From the NCBI GenBank assembly GCA_965153285.1, contig OZ229120.1: a DNA stretch of 64,000 bases; one strand, written 5' to 3'. Both the position numbers and the translations under genes were made by a program. Under the pieces are notes generated by a model. The model did not search any database. It had not been told where the DNA came from and saw only the letters and a program-made list of their open reading frames with translations. Of this stretch, positions 48,500 through 62,450 are shown piece after piece. Each line of letters starts with the position of its first letter. Positions within the stretch are counted from its first letter, which is position 1. This stretch comes from Podarcis tiliguerta (taxonomy: Eukaryota).

Positions 48500-50305
48500 G
48501 TAAGCATCTCTTAAGCTTTTTTGCTGCGGGGGCAAGGAAACTGTGAAAAACACCAGAGACCTGGTGCAAAGTTGTAGATGCTGGAACATAAAATCTTGGC
48601 ATGTACCTCCTTCCAGCACTTCTCTGATGAAAATGGGGACAATGGGTGGGGTTCAGGGCAGAGTCTGGGAACCCAACAGCACTGACAGTGGCAGGGCAAC
48701 ACAATCTAGACTTGGAAGTGCAAGGGGAAACTAAAAGCACATGAGAATATATGGCTCCGGTTGACAGAAAAACAGTGCTGTATGCACATCAAATAACAAA
48801 TGCATATTTATTAAAGAGTATTGGTCTAATTTTATAAAACACAGCAATAAGTGACCAGCTGAAGTCCAGTTAATAGATGGTAGATAATAATTATGTACAG
48901 GCAGCTACCATTTTGCACAGGGGTTCAGTTCCTGATCCTTGCACGCGTTGGCAGATTACACCCTGTTGGCAGCCCACCCTGTTCTGCCACCATTCTGCCT
49001 TCTTCTGAGTCCAGAAAGACCCCTGTGTAGGCGGACACGTGTCAGTTGGGTGCGTGTAAAATGGTTGCTGCAATTAGAAGCATTTATGAGTACAGGTAAC
49101 TTGCAGCTTGGGTGCATTTAACTTACACAATTTCAACTTTATGCACCTGATGGATGGCCAGTTGAAATCACACAAACTGAACACAAGGAAAGTGGAGAAT
49201 TTAAAAATATTCCCAGTGTGGAAAGAGTTTTTAAGCTTTCCACCTTGCTTACTGGGGTTTAGGAGGCCTTTCTTGGGGGATGAGACCCATTCAGCGCACT
49301 AGTTCCGGAAGGTAAGATTACCCCTACAGGGGTGGTTCTAAGGGGTTATTTTGACATTCACAATAAGTTGCAAGTTACCTGTACCTTGGAGCACATGTAC
49401 GTAGAGGGCTGAGTCCAACATTTCATTGGCCCAACGTACCCAAATTCATGGAGGTTGTCTTTATATTTCAGTGGCTGTTAGCCACAGTGGCCGTATTGAC
49501 CCTTCATGTGCTTCCTGGAGTCAAGAATAGGAAACAGAAAGGTGGGCTAGATGAATCATTGGTTTGATTCACCAAGCTTCCTTTTCTGTTCTTATTCCTC
49601 TTTAACATGCTGATATGCATTAAAGAAAATTAAAATGCAGCATCTCAGAAGGCCTTTGCCCATAGAATGCCTCTCCTACATAACAATCTCAGTTTCCCAA
49701 TCAATTCCAGCATGAGAGTCTGTAATAATGCTTCAGATCAATGACATTATTCACCAAGTTGCTGTCTGATTATGACAGATGGACCAATCTTATCTCATCA
49801 CTTTTAAGTGGCAGGGAAACATTTTCCACCTATATGTATGCTTTGTTCTACTTTGTAGTATTTTTAACTAATTTTCTAATGGCTTAAAATGTTCTTTTAT
49901 TTCTGAGTGTTACTACGTGTCCAAGAGCAAATACCATTAATCTTTTTTTGTCTCAGCCTAGAGACAAAAAGGTTGCCTTTTTACAGCAATTTATAAAAAT
50001 AAAATAAATAAATAAATGATGGAGAGGGGTTTGCCTTGTGGGACAAGGAACGGTGCTTCTTCAGTTGTGGAACATCTTCTTTGGAACTCAGCTTCTCAAA
50101 GAAACAGTCTTTGTTGTGTATTACATAGGTGATACTGAGTTACGAGGAAGGACCTCAGTAGCGTGTTCTAGATAGGGATATTTCTATTTAGAAATATTTA
50201 TTTCTCTTTATTTCTACTCTATTTATTTCTCCTAATGATAAAGCTCTTTGGCTTGTGAAGGGCCTCCCCCCTTTGTGGCCTCTTTCCCTTTCATTCATTC
50301 TAGAA

Positions 50306-50441
50306 CAGGCATAGGCAAACTCCGGCCCTCCAGATCTTTGGGACTATAATCCCCATCATCTCTAGCTAACAGGACCAGTGGTCAGGGATGATGGGAATTG
50401 TAGTCCCAAACATCTGGAGGGCTGGAGTTTGCCTATGCCTG
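50306..50441. mobile_element. Palindromic hAT MITE, 136 bp (copy 2)
   Basis: TIRs caggcataggcaaactcc / ggagtttgcctatgcctg; same central agctaacaggaccagtggtc as copy 1; perfect 8-bp TSD ttctagaa (NTCTAGAN, the Charlie-type target preference). Confidence 0.93.
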
Positions 50442-51034
50442 TTCTAGAAGGTCAGTCTTGGAGAAAAGGAAACAGAATGGAACTCAACTTAGAATAGGTC
50501 AAAAGTATTTATGAGCTGAGCTGAAATTGAAAGGGATATTTGACTCTAATTACAAAAGCTCACTATGTGTTTTTGAACTGTCACCACCACCCTCAGTTCT
50601 GAAACTCGACAATAAAACAACTGTTATATATTTTGGTCTTCTCCCTAAGTTTCTGCCACTCTTTCTTTATCATTCTGTTAGTAATGTAAATAGAAACTGC
50701 AACACAAAACAGTGGTGCCACTGATATAGCCCAGGTGTGGGTCACAGCTTCTCAGTTGAACACTATTTTTAAATTATTCATTTGTGGGGAGGGGTTTCAG
50801 TTTATCATAATAAGCTGCAGCTTTTCTGGTATCTCAAGGTAGTTATCAAATTAATAAATCAAATATTTGATTAGGATGCAGTTCTATGCAGAAAGGATGG
50901 CGATGGGCCTTCCCCATTTATCTTTGCAATGCAAATAAGGAAGTCCCAGTCCCTACACTTCTTTGGTTCTGCAGTTCACACAGAGTTCCTCATTCATGCA
51001 CTACACTTCCCTGCCCCCCATATAAAGTTCCCTT

Positions 51035-51166
51035 TGTTGTTGTTCAGTCGTTTAGTCGTGTCCGACTCTTCGTGACCCCATGGACCAGAGCACGCCAGGC
51101 ACTCCTGTCTGCCACCGCCTCCCGCAGTTTGGTCAGACTCATGTTTGTAGCTTCGAGAACACTGTC
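51035..51166 (-). mobile_element. 5'-truncated BovB (RTE) LINE 3' end, 132 bp
   Basis: Minus strand reads ...gcctggcgtgctctggtccatggggtcacgaagagtcggacacgactaaacgactgaacaacaaca; perfect 12-bp TSD taaagttccctt (51023-51034, 51167-51178). Confidence 0.92.
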
Positions 51167-54100
51167 TAAAGTTCCCTTAGAGCAATTCAACTCTCACCTC
51201 CTGTGTTTATGCAGTGTTTTTCTCATGACTGAAGGCTAGTTTTCAAACAGGGCAGTCCCCATGTTTGAGGGCAGTCTTCTTTCAGGGCGAAAATCCTATA
51301 TTGCTCCCACAAGCAATAGAAGGTGTAAACACATGGTTGAGGCTGACTGTGTAAAGCATGTCTCCATCCATATTATGACTGCTGGGCAGTCCATTTGTGC
51401 CCTCAGACTCTGAAGTCGTGCCATAGGTTTGAGCTGCCCAACTAAGGCCTGTAGTCCTATCCCTTTTATCTAGCCGATTGAATGCAATAGGACATACTTT
51501 TGAGTAGACATGGTTAGGATTCTCTTGTATTTAATGGTATTAATAGGAAGAAGTGAAACTATGTTTTCATAACTGTTTATGTGAAACATGCTTAACTGCT
51601 AAGGTCCAAGTTCCTAACCAAGGATCCCAGTGCCATGATTCTAAAATCTCACTTGATAAACTATATTAATTCATTTATCCCAATCATGCATACTTTGAAA
51701 TCTCCCTTGAATTTATGGGTAATTGTAAATGTGCATTTTGAGGATATGTGTACAAGAAAATTACAATGGACTTTAAAATCCTTTAGATGGAGACATAGTT
51801 CAAATAAACATTCAATATACTGCATAGTTCTTTGTGAAAAATGTGAGAAACAGCACACGAACTCATTAAAGATATATACAAGTGTAGATTTGCAGTAGTC
51901 TTGGTATTAACTGTGCTAGCATAAAGAGCACATTAAGCTAACAATTAAAATTGCATATTGCAAATTATGTTGGATTTACTGTAGTGCCTGTTTATACTAC
52001 ATAGATCTCAATTGTTTTAAAAATCCGTTGATCATACAAGGCTATTATGTAATGAATTGAATGCATCACAAGTGAAATCCCCACTTCCTATGAGATGTCT
52101 GCCTAAAATTACAATATTAACATTTCCCTTTCCCAGACTAAAGCAATGAAACTTTTGAAAGCATTTCTTAAAAGATAAAGATGCCTGTCTTTCCACTGCA
52201 AAGTACCAGTGCTGCTTTCTTTCAACTTGCTGCCTTATGTAGAGCAATATATTCAACCTTTAGTGGCAAGCTCATCATATTAATTATGACATCTAATGGT
52301 TCAGTTACCTTGATGACTATGGTAGATGAGATAGCCCAAGGTCAAATGTTTAATAGCGGCTTGGTTTTATTCATGCTGCCATGGGTTTTCCAAATACTGT
52401 TGCAGATATGCTATGCAATTAACATCAATTGTTTATAAATGCCTTCTAGAATTTCTACCTGTGTGTAGAAGCAGGCTTTACATGCCTAGCCTGGGGATAA
52501 CATTGTGCACAGGAAAGCACATCCTACATAGGTTGTGAGCCTGGTAACCGCAATACCTTGCTTAAGCAGCTTGAGCCTGCCTGTGCTCTGTCCACAGGTG
52601 CATATGTTTATCTTGAAGCTGCCATTCTGTAAGAGATGGATGTTTTGTTTCAATTACGGCATTTTAAAAAGTTCTTCCTCCACTGTTCTGTGTGAGAGAA
52701 GCAGATGCCCTGTTGTGAAAATGACCACATAAGACTCTGATATTAGGCTTATTGACTGTAGGGAATCTTCAGCTTGACCTAAAGTACTTTCAGATGACCT
52801 GCAATAGTCTGAGTGGTTTTACACATCCTCTTCAATCCATGCACATTCAATAATTTTATATTATAATTATGTGTAAGCATTGTAAATCAACTGACACGCA
52901 GACACATATTGTGGTTTAGATTTTGCAGAGACAAATGGGAGGGCAGGGAATTAAATCAGCTCCAGATTCCTCACGAATCCCTTTGTGTCCCTAGAGTAGA
53001 AACATTGACTCAGGACCCAGTTCTGTTCCCTTTATTGAATAAAAAAATAGTGTCAGGCCACGGTCTCATATTATTTTAGGTCGAAATAAATATACAGTAT
53101 ATGCAAATATTTGTTTTGGTAAGTTATGTTAACTTCTGTGTACTTTCAAAAAACAGGTGTGCTCTGAATGATGTCTGAGTGCTCCAGAATTATCCAGCAT
53201 TTCACTAGTTCAGATGCCTACACTTTTTATTATTTTTCAACTATTGAGAATACCCACATGACTTGTGATTTTCTGTAGCTTTCATTCTTTATATTATGCA
53301 ATTTATTCAGAATTGTTGTATGGCTTTTTAACTTAGGCATTTTTCTGTAGCTTCTTGGTAAATATTAAAGTCAGCACTATTCTTATTATATATGTGCAGG
53401 ACCATGATGGTGGTACAACAGTTAATAAAACAGGACTGCCTATCTTTGTATGGGAAACATTTTTCTGTGTTGACTGCCAAGTGACAAAAAGGGCCATTCT
53501 GCATTTTATTCATTTCAGAGGTTTACTCGGGTTTGACACCCAAGTGAAGAGTCCATACAGAGTTTCTGTTACCCAAGGTTCCCTAAGAAACATTTCTTTA
53601 TGAAAAATGATTGCAAATAAATGTTGATAGCATTCATATTCCATATGTTTAGGTGTAGGGCATGATTTAGCCAAAGTTAAGTTCTTTTAAGTCATATTGA
53701 TGTCACAAGGAGAGCTAATCAAATGCCTTTTCTCTAATTTAACTATCATGACCATAAAGTGCTAAGTAGCCCTGTGATTCTGTAAAATTGCCATATTAAT
53801 ATGACCCTACCTAACAGGAATCTAGTTGCAAAGAACAATAATATTAATATACTAATAACCCTGACTACATGCAGGGGAAATATGCAGCCATGTGCTAGGT
53901 TACATAATAATCTGGGCTGATCAACATAGATATGACGGTTATGTGGAGTGAGCCTATTTTGTTGTGTGTCTGTTTCTACATATAACATTGCATGCATTAG
54001 CACACTTGCACATCTACAAACTTTCCTCTTTTCACATGTTTTTCGTGTGAAATATCCTTTCACATATTTAAAAGTGCCATTGGTTCGGGGTTATTAAACC

Positions 54101-56646
54101 GTATTACATTTCAATTGGAGTTATGTCAGCTCCAGAATTTAAAGTTAACTGTGTCCTTGGGGTGTTTGTTTGTTTGTTTTTTGGTGTGTAGGTCGACTCT
54201 GTTGCTTGAACCATCTGGGGCTGTTCGTTCTGCAGGGAGCTGCTTTCTGCTTGTAGTCTAGCATGCTGTGGTCTGGTTTGCAAAGGCTGATCTGTGGCAG
54301 GCCTACTTGGTTGGTTTTGTTTTCCCTCCTTGTGTCTTTGCATGACACAGAAGGTGAAACACCTAGAGAAACACCAGTGGAAGTATTGAGTTGAGGGCCA
54401 TCAAGACCAGTTTGATTGCCATAGCCAATTCAAAGGAAACATAAAGCCAGAATTGAATGGAGCCAAAACTAGAGTATATTCAGGGTGGTAGGGAATTGAA
54501 GTTAGCACAAACCTAGGAGGCAGCCAAGGGAGAGGGATGGATGTGAAGCACCAGGTCCCACCTGCCCCTGAGGTTTGGCTGGCCAGACCTTTAGTGTGAA
54601 ACCCCTTCTTGATAGAGGTTTGGCAGGAATCATTCCCAATCATTTTAGACATCTTTAAAAGAAAAAGAAAAACCTGTGTTAATCAAGCAGGTCCTTAAAA
54701 CCCAAGATCTTTAAAACCTGAGACCTGCAATTTCAGTTGAATTTGGGGAAACCACTTGAAGCATCCATTGTGTCAAGCTATTTCAATTGCTTTTGTTTGA
54801 TTTGCTCCTTGCAAACAGCTGAAAGTCTGTAAATTTTGATGATAAACCTGATTTGCAATGGGAGTTGAATAATTTCAATTACAACTGTATGAAAGTGCAA
54901 TTTATAAATATTTAAGTGAAATAAATAAATCTTGGCTACATGGGTGGGGGGTCAGACAAAGGCCTGAGTCTCATCTGGAACCTTTTAACTTTAGGAGGGT
55001 AACCAGTGACCTGTAAAGAACAAATCCTTCAGTTGCAAATACCTGATTCAGGAAAATAACTCAGAGACCCAATGGTGTTGGTTCAACACTCTATGTATCT
55101 TACTGAGTATAAACTGGATGAACTTCTGTCTCCTTCCAACCAGTGAAGGCTGGTCTATTAAGGCAAATGGGGTGCTGCCCCGTCAACCTCAGTCTTCCTT
55201 CAGCCAGTTCACACTTGTCATTATAACCAGTTCAGGGTGGGGAGCTTCATCCCTCTTATTCTCACACAGTGAAGATGAGGATGGGGACAAAGCTAGAATT
55301 TGTTGGTTCTGCCTGTCAATTGGACCTGGCTCCACCCACTGTTGGGTTCCCTGCCTTCCATCTTCCCTGTTCCAATGGACATCAGTCACCACTGCTTCTA
55401 CCTATATAATTACATGATTTCAATGTATTCTGCATATTTCAATTGCAATTATATCTGCTATGTTGGGATGGATATGGGCATCTAAGCAACTTATGTGTCA
55501 TGTTGTCTGCTGCCTATTTCTGTTGCATTTGTTATGTGTATACTATGATGCTTGCATTCTGGCAGGAGGAAATGATATATGGTCTGAATGCTGTCATACA
55601 AATAATTCTGTCTTGCTTTTTTGTCAATAAATACCTTGCAAAGCAGAAAGGGAAGAGGGTTCTTGAGCCATATTGTGTAATTTATGGCTAAACAGTAAGC
55701 ACAATAAAGAAACTCGTGTGTAATATGTGAGACCATCTTATGTGTGCTCTTAAGTGTCATCTATATTCGTATAATAATCATGGATCAGCACCAGGAATTA
55801 GGTTCTTTCAATATCTTCCACTGCTATGTGTCATATACATCTGTGACAAGTGACATTACAGAAGGTCATGTCACTTTTAACTGCTTGCATTAGAGCTTTC
55901 TGATTTCCCCGGTGCCTTTCCTTTGTTTGATTAATAATGCTGGATTTCAAGCAAGGTTGCAGACAGCAAAATTTAAAGCACAGATTCTGAAGCAATGTTA
56001 AGCATTCCCCCCCCCCCTACATAAACCTTAAGTAAAATACTGTTTCCTTAATGTTTGCCCTATAATATTTTTTTCAACTATTTAGATGCTATGCCATCCA
56101 AAGGTCTGAGAAGGAACAGCTGTGCCTTATAAAGCAAAGCTGAAATGATCCTGAATAACTACAGAATAAATGCAGTTGAAATGTATATGCTGTGGAATAA
56201 ACTTTCTCTCGAAAAGTCGGCTGCATTACTTGCATTGCCCCCAATAACACATGAGTTATTTGAACAGAAAGATAGAACCAAAGGCAGAGGATGGAGGGAG
56301 TGTTGTTCTCTCACCCCTGAGAACCACACTTTGGTTCCTGCAACACCTTCAGGTGATCCTTTGAATCAACAATGAAAATGAAACATTGATGGCCTGCTCC
56401 AACACAAACAGTGGTAGAAGCTACATTAACACTCTTATTTTTGGCACTCCTCCTGTGCTGCTCTTTTCAACTTATAAGGATAAAAGGAAGTATTGCTGTT
56501 TAGTGGGAAAGCATTGCTAGGAAAGGGATGGGGGGAAACGTTAAAAAAAACACAAGTAAAAATAATGGTCTCTAAAAAGTATTTGTATAAGTTCTTCACA
56601 CAACTCGATAGACTTCCAAACTGCAGTTCACATAGAAACCTAGCAT

Positions 56647-56920
56647 CAGTGGCGTAGCGTGGGGGGTGCAGGGGGGTCCGGTCGCACCGGGCGCAACATC
56701 GGGGGGGCGCACTCGCACTCGCAGCTCTCTGCCCCTACCTGGCTCGCTCACTCTCTCTCACCCGATCCGAGCCGCCGGGTCGCCGCCCACTGTGGAGGGG
56801 GGGGTGCCAAGTGTGCGGTGCGGAGAGAGAGCGATGGACTATCTGGGGGAGGGACAGTGCAGCGGGGGGCGCAAATTACTTGCCTTGCCCCGGGTGCTGA
56901 CAACCCACGCTACGCCACTG
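56647..56920. mobile_element. GC/CpG-rich hAT MITE, 274 bp
   Basis: Perfect 17-bp TIR cagtggcgtagcgtggg / cccacgctacgccactg; 8-bp TSD cctagcat / cctagtat. Confidence 0.93.
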
Positions 56921-59368
56921 CCTAGTATATAAGGGCTTCAGTAGCGTGTGGTCAGTGGACTAGGGGGACTGGGCTAGTCCCCTAAATGTTCCCCTGGCAC
57001 TTCCTTCCCAAAGCCTGGGAAGTTTCTGTCTGGCTTAGAGAGGAAGATGTGATGCCTCTGGCCTGAACTGTTCCCCTATGGAAAATTTCACTGCATGCGG
57101 CTGAAGGGTTCTTCCTTACTTTCTCCATGACATGTTCATGAATTCCATTTCCTATTAAGGACAAGCAAGACCTTCCCATCACCACTTATGCTCCCTTCCA
57201 CTTCTCAGCAATATGGGGAGAGAGATGGCTGGGAAAGAGAAACTGAAAGGATAGAGGCAGGCATGCTTTATTTAGGTTTTTTAGCTTTCATCAAGAGTAG
57301 TTGGGAGGAAATGATCAAGGTTACCTACCCCCGCAGTATTATCAAGGAATGGGTAAAAAGACCAAATAGATTTTCAATGAGAGTTTGCTCATCACAAATA
57401 ATGACCAATTTGGGATGGAGATTATTCATTGCCACAATTTATTTCTAAAAGGGGAAATACTTCTTTCCGTCTTCTGACCCTTCTCTAGCCTACGCTGTGT
57501 ATATCCATTCTCTTGCAAGCCTTAGCACTCGCCCCCCCCCCAGCTATTTAATAGAGATAACTACTCACAAAGACTAGTCAGTTTAATAGGCAAACTTCTC
57601 TATCATCAAATCACATAGATGGCCCTGCTTATAATCTGTTCTGAGAAAATGGCTAGGATTAATCTCATGTGTAGAAACAACCTATGGTACAGATTTTCCT
57701 GAATCTTATACCTAGGTAGTAGTTACTTTGAATATTTTTAAAAAGCCTTCTTACACACAGAATTTAAGAAACCAGGGTATTTTATACGGTTATTGTTAGT
57801 AGTAGTATTTATTCATCTTTGTATCACAGGTCCATATCAGATATATCTGTGCCGTGCATACTATTTCAATTGGAAACCAAAACAATGAAAACAAAACAAT
57901 TTTGAGGCGAAATACATTAAAGAAATAACCCTAGCCTTCTGCATACACTGTATTGTTCATGTGAGAGTGTTGTGATCACCTACCTTAAATCTAAACTGTG
58001 TTACAAGAGTTAAGCATGCAAAGGCTCTTGGTACATATTGGCTGTTAATACATATATCAGAAGTCATGATAAGTCATAAAACAAGCAATAGAGAATTTCT
58101 GGTTTGCACATTCCCCAGCCCTCCATTCGTCTCCCCATTTCCTACAGCCAGGAGGATGTGTTTGGGCTCTTTCACTTCCCCTTTTGATCAACTACAGCAT
58201 GTTACTTAGTTCAGACTTGGAATTGTGCTTAATTTTTACTATGGTAGCTTCCAGTAGCTATGGTTTGAAGATTGTTTGAAATAACCATATTAATCTTAAC
58301 CGCAGTTTGTTTGTCTTGATAGTATGGCAAAGCACAGTTAAGTAAAACCAAATGCAGCAGTTTCTGGATAAGCAGGGGGAGGGAAGAAGGGAGTGAACGA
58401 GCCTGATGCTCACTGCAGCTTGTTGCCACAACAGACAGTCGGTCATGGCCATATGGCCATAGTGTGATCATGCAAAATATGGTTGCAAACTGTCTAGTAA
58501 CTGCAGTAATACTATAAATAATACAGTGTCAACATGCAAATAGTGTCCTGTTAGGTGAAGGTCGCAATCTTTCAGTGGTTGAAAAAAATCTACTGTTTCT
58601 TCAATTCCATTTCTATGCTTCTCAATGTGTGCCTTTTGTATATCTTAGTGCTCTAGCACTCAGTTAAGGAGTCCTTGTCCTTGGACTCTTTACCTTCAGG
58701 GACCACCTTTTACTTTGTTTTTGGTCTGCTATATATACAGTTGTACAGCTTGCTTTTTACAATGTTAGTTATGTTAGTTTCCACCCAATCATTGCAAATC
58801 TCCTTTCAGTTCAAGGATCAATTGCTTGGCAGGGCTATGAGAGTCCTGGAAAGGAGATCACAGCTGCTTCACTCCTTTCTGGTTGCTTTGCTCTAGGGCT
58901 GTGCTGACCTAAGCCATAGTTTGCCTTAGTGTGCCATCAAAATCCTAGTTTTGGCTCTAACCATGAGCCATAACGAAGGTTTGTCCTATATAGGTTACTG
59001 CTAATGGTTTGTCCAGAAGAACTAAACCACAAGTCTGGGTTCAGATGACATGCTAAACCAAACCATGACTTAGCTGAGTGCCAAACAGCAGCAAAGTGAC
59101 AAGTGTGGACTCGGCATGCACATTCATAATGAGCCTTGCTTTTTTCTTAACATAGCATTCCAATCAGGGCACCACCTTGATGGGATTGTATACAGGACGA
59201 AGCTTTTCAGAGTATTACCATAGTTTGAATCTGTAGGCTAAATTTTCCTATTGTGCATTTATTTGGAAATATTTAATAAAGATTTCCAACCACGGAAGGC
59301 TTAATGATTTGGCAGAACAAAACACTACCTTGTTGACTCATGACAACTACTCCTGTTTGTGTCTGCAG

Positions 59369-59422
59369 GTAGTGGAGGACATGCTAGAGGACGAGGAAGA
59401 AGAGGATGACAGAGATGACAAG
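59369..59422 (+). CDS. MCTP1: MCTP1 coding exon (54 nt), acidic loop: VVEDMLEDEEEEDDRDDK
   Basis: Acceptor tgtttgtgtctgcag|GTA, donor AAG|gtaatt; phase 0/0. Confidence 0.95.
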
Positions 59423-62343
59423 GTAATTATCTTTCCTAGCACTTGGGTACCTGGGGATGGGAGAATTTAGACATGACACTGTTCTTGCAGACAGTTAAAA
59501 AGGAGCTGAAGTGTTTTTAGTCCAGAAAATTGGACAGAGCTGTTTATCATCCTAACAATGCCAGTGTATATTGTAGGAAGGGAAAGAGGACTATAAATCC
59601 TCCCTTTTTTGTCCAGAGCTGGGTCAATTTTTTTTCCTCCTACCAGGAACAAAAATAATTCAGCTTGTCTGGAACTTGATAGCTGTTGTGAAGATAACTG
59701 CAGTGACAACTGTTTTTGAAGGACAAAAATTTGTCCTGTCTTGAGTATTACAAATAGGGCTGTACTTACTTGTGGGAAGAAATGTTGTGAAAATAGAAAA
59801 GCCACACTGTTTGAAGGTGGTCTATTGCCATCTATAATTTTCTGAGAATTACTTGGCAGAAGAATGTTTGGTGCGTGTTTCACTCCATATGATATTTAAA
59901 TAATCACAATTCTCGTGGGCCTCTTACAGATGGATTTGGGATTGGTGTTGTGCAGCCCAGCATCAACCTAAGGGACTATGGTAGCTCTTTTAGCCCTTGA
60001 GAATGTTGCTCAGTTCCTAGGTTGCTGGTCAGGTTGAGGATTTGCCACCACAGTAAATAACAGCTAGTTTATACAGGTTATTGAAGCAAGCAATAGGACT
60101 GCATGGTTGTCCCTAGAGGGGAGGGAAGAGGCACAGAGAGGAAATTAGAATGACCTTGTAAGAGTGAAGCAATGTCATTAGTTGGCAGGACTGGTTTGTG
60201 GGGAAGTAAAAGTACAGCAAGATAAATGTTTTGTTGTGTTTTAAGTTTTGAAGTGAGGGCATTTATAGAGAAAAGTATTCAGATTCTTTTAAAGCACTTC
60301 ACGTTAAATACAGAAAACATTGACCTTTACGAACGTTCTTGTACTTCTGTTGTAATAAAGCACTGACTTTTTTTAAGGCTAGAGAAAGAAAGAAAAAGTA
60401 TCTTAATTTATGCCTTTGACCTTTGTTGCTAGTAGAGATGTACAGTTCTGTACCGCTATAAGAATTCGTAGGCTGGCAGCTACTAAACATTTCAAGTGTC
60501 AGAAAATTCACTGTGATTAGTTAGCCCTTTGAACAATTAAGGTCTGTGTTTTGAAAGATGAAAATTTGGACTATTTCCTTATTATCTTAACATTCAAGAG
60601 CCAGAGACAGCATTTTTTCCCTTGTACACATTTAAATCATTTTGATACAAGCTGCAATCATGAAATAACGTCATACCTAAATTTTCTTTGTGCAAAGCCA
60701 CGTGTGCTTTCTTTCAGTAGTGTATATGTCTGGCAACAGAATATGTGATTTATTGTGAAGGTCAGCCATGTAGATGTAGTGAGCTTGTATATTAACTCAA
60801 AAGCATTTCTCCTCTGATAAACGTAGGTCTGCTATCCATTTGTGAGTATTTTCCTCCTCTTGTTCATATTTCATTATAATTATAGCATATTATATGGGAA
60901 TGTCCAGTAATTTTTGTATCCATAGAAATATCTGCAACACCTGTAAAATGTATACACATAAGTACTTCTAATATACCCTTTGTTTAAATAAATCTTAGCT
61001 ACTTAGTAATTAAGGAATTGACCCATTCTTTTTGTTACTAAGTAATCAAGAAAAGTATTTTATTGTCTTGTGTAAATTACTTAACAAGCAAACCATACTA
61101 AGCTAAAAATAGCATACTATGTGGAACGGTATTTGGCAGTCTGAATCCAACAAAATGGTTCCAAAATACTTCTTGAATATAACTACTCAAACCATGAAGA
61201 TATGAATTCCGTGCTATTTATTCTTATGGGAAAACGTTTAGACTGAATATTCACAATATAATGTTCATAAGTGTCTGGGTTTATGTAACCCTATAGTTCG
61301 ATGCAAATAATGTACACAGTATTATTTTGCAAAGCATTCCTAGAGACTAGACACTGTATTTTTGGAAGAGAACTTTTACATTTGCAGAATTTTAGAAGGA
61401 TTAGTTTTAGTTCTCATCCATACCCTAAACTAGACTTGTATTGCATGGATAATTGTGTGTAATACACAACAAGAGTGAATTCACACATTTTAATGGTGTG
61501 TATAATACAGTTTTGAGAGAAAACAAATGTAAATTCTGCAGTGTTGATTGATGCTGACCTCTAGCTCTCATTACTTTTCTGTTTTCTCATTTGGTAAAAT
61601 AGCAAAGTGAGGTCAGTGGGTCCCCTTATAGAATAAAAGTCAAAAGATTAATAAATGTGCCAAAGCCTCACTTTAATTGAAGCTGAAGCATATGTTGCAA
61701 GCATATAAAATATGTCCCAGATGTTTGACCATGCCAAGTAACTTAGTTTTCCCCGATTACCACAAGGCAACTATTAGTCCAGTAACCTTTGGACTTGGGG
61801 GTAAATAGGGTATTACATGGCAGACAACAAGAGCACCTGTTTTCCATTCAATAAAGACCTTTGGCAAGCTTTGCCTAAACTGCGCCATATGTTTTCACTT
61901 AGCAGATAGTTGGGTGATTATGAAAAGTGTCTTTCCTCAGAACTGGTATAGATATTTGCCTCTTACTCAAAACGAATGGATAACTCCTTGACTACTTCTA
62001 GAAAGCCTGTGTGGGCACTCCCTGAAATAGGTTTTCAGATGAAAAGGGTTTTCTCTTTGACGGCCCCAAAGAAACTGTAGACTCATGAGCAAAATAATTA
62101 ACCTTTCTGTTTGTTAGTAGCCTATGAGGAGCTTTTAAGTGGCTGGAAAAGTGTAGTTCTGATAAATAATCTTGCCCACTCAAATATTACTTCAGCATTG
62201 ATCGCATTACATTGTTCTGACTTGCTCTTCCACTGATGTTCAAGTCATGTGCCATGTAACACTCTTATCTTGTTTGCTGTTATCCTGTTTAAAACATTCT
62301 AAATATTACAGTTGAATATTCAGTTGGTTAAATTCAAATCAGT

Positions 62344-62450
62344 GGGTGATAACCAGTGTCAGTCATACTCAGAGTAGATCCATGGAAATAAATTGAGTCT
62401 GTTCATTTTGACAGGCCTACTCTGAGTATTAATAACATTGGATATAACCC
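62344..62450. mobile_element. Short palindromic MITE-like repeat (copy 2)
   Basis: gggtgataacca...atactcagagtag / ctactctgagtat...tggatataaccc; related to 28050-28175. Confidence 0.7.

Noticed and set aside
52598-52732. Possible cryptic or alternative terminal exon after tgctctgtccacag (VHMFILKLPF...)
   Set aside because: No resemblance to MCTP1 as I recall it and no transcript evidence; acceptor-like motifs are common.
56659-56932. Two GC-rich 88-aa ORFs or a CpG-island promoter
   Set aside because: Essentially contained in a TIR/TSD-bounded MITE; the open frames reflect high GC content.
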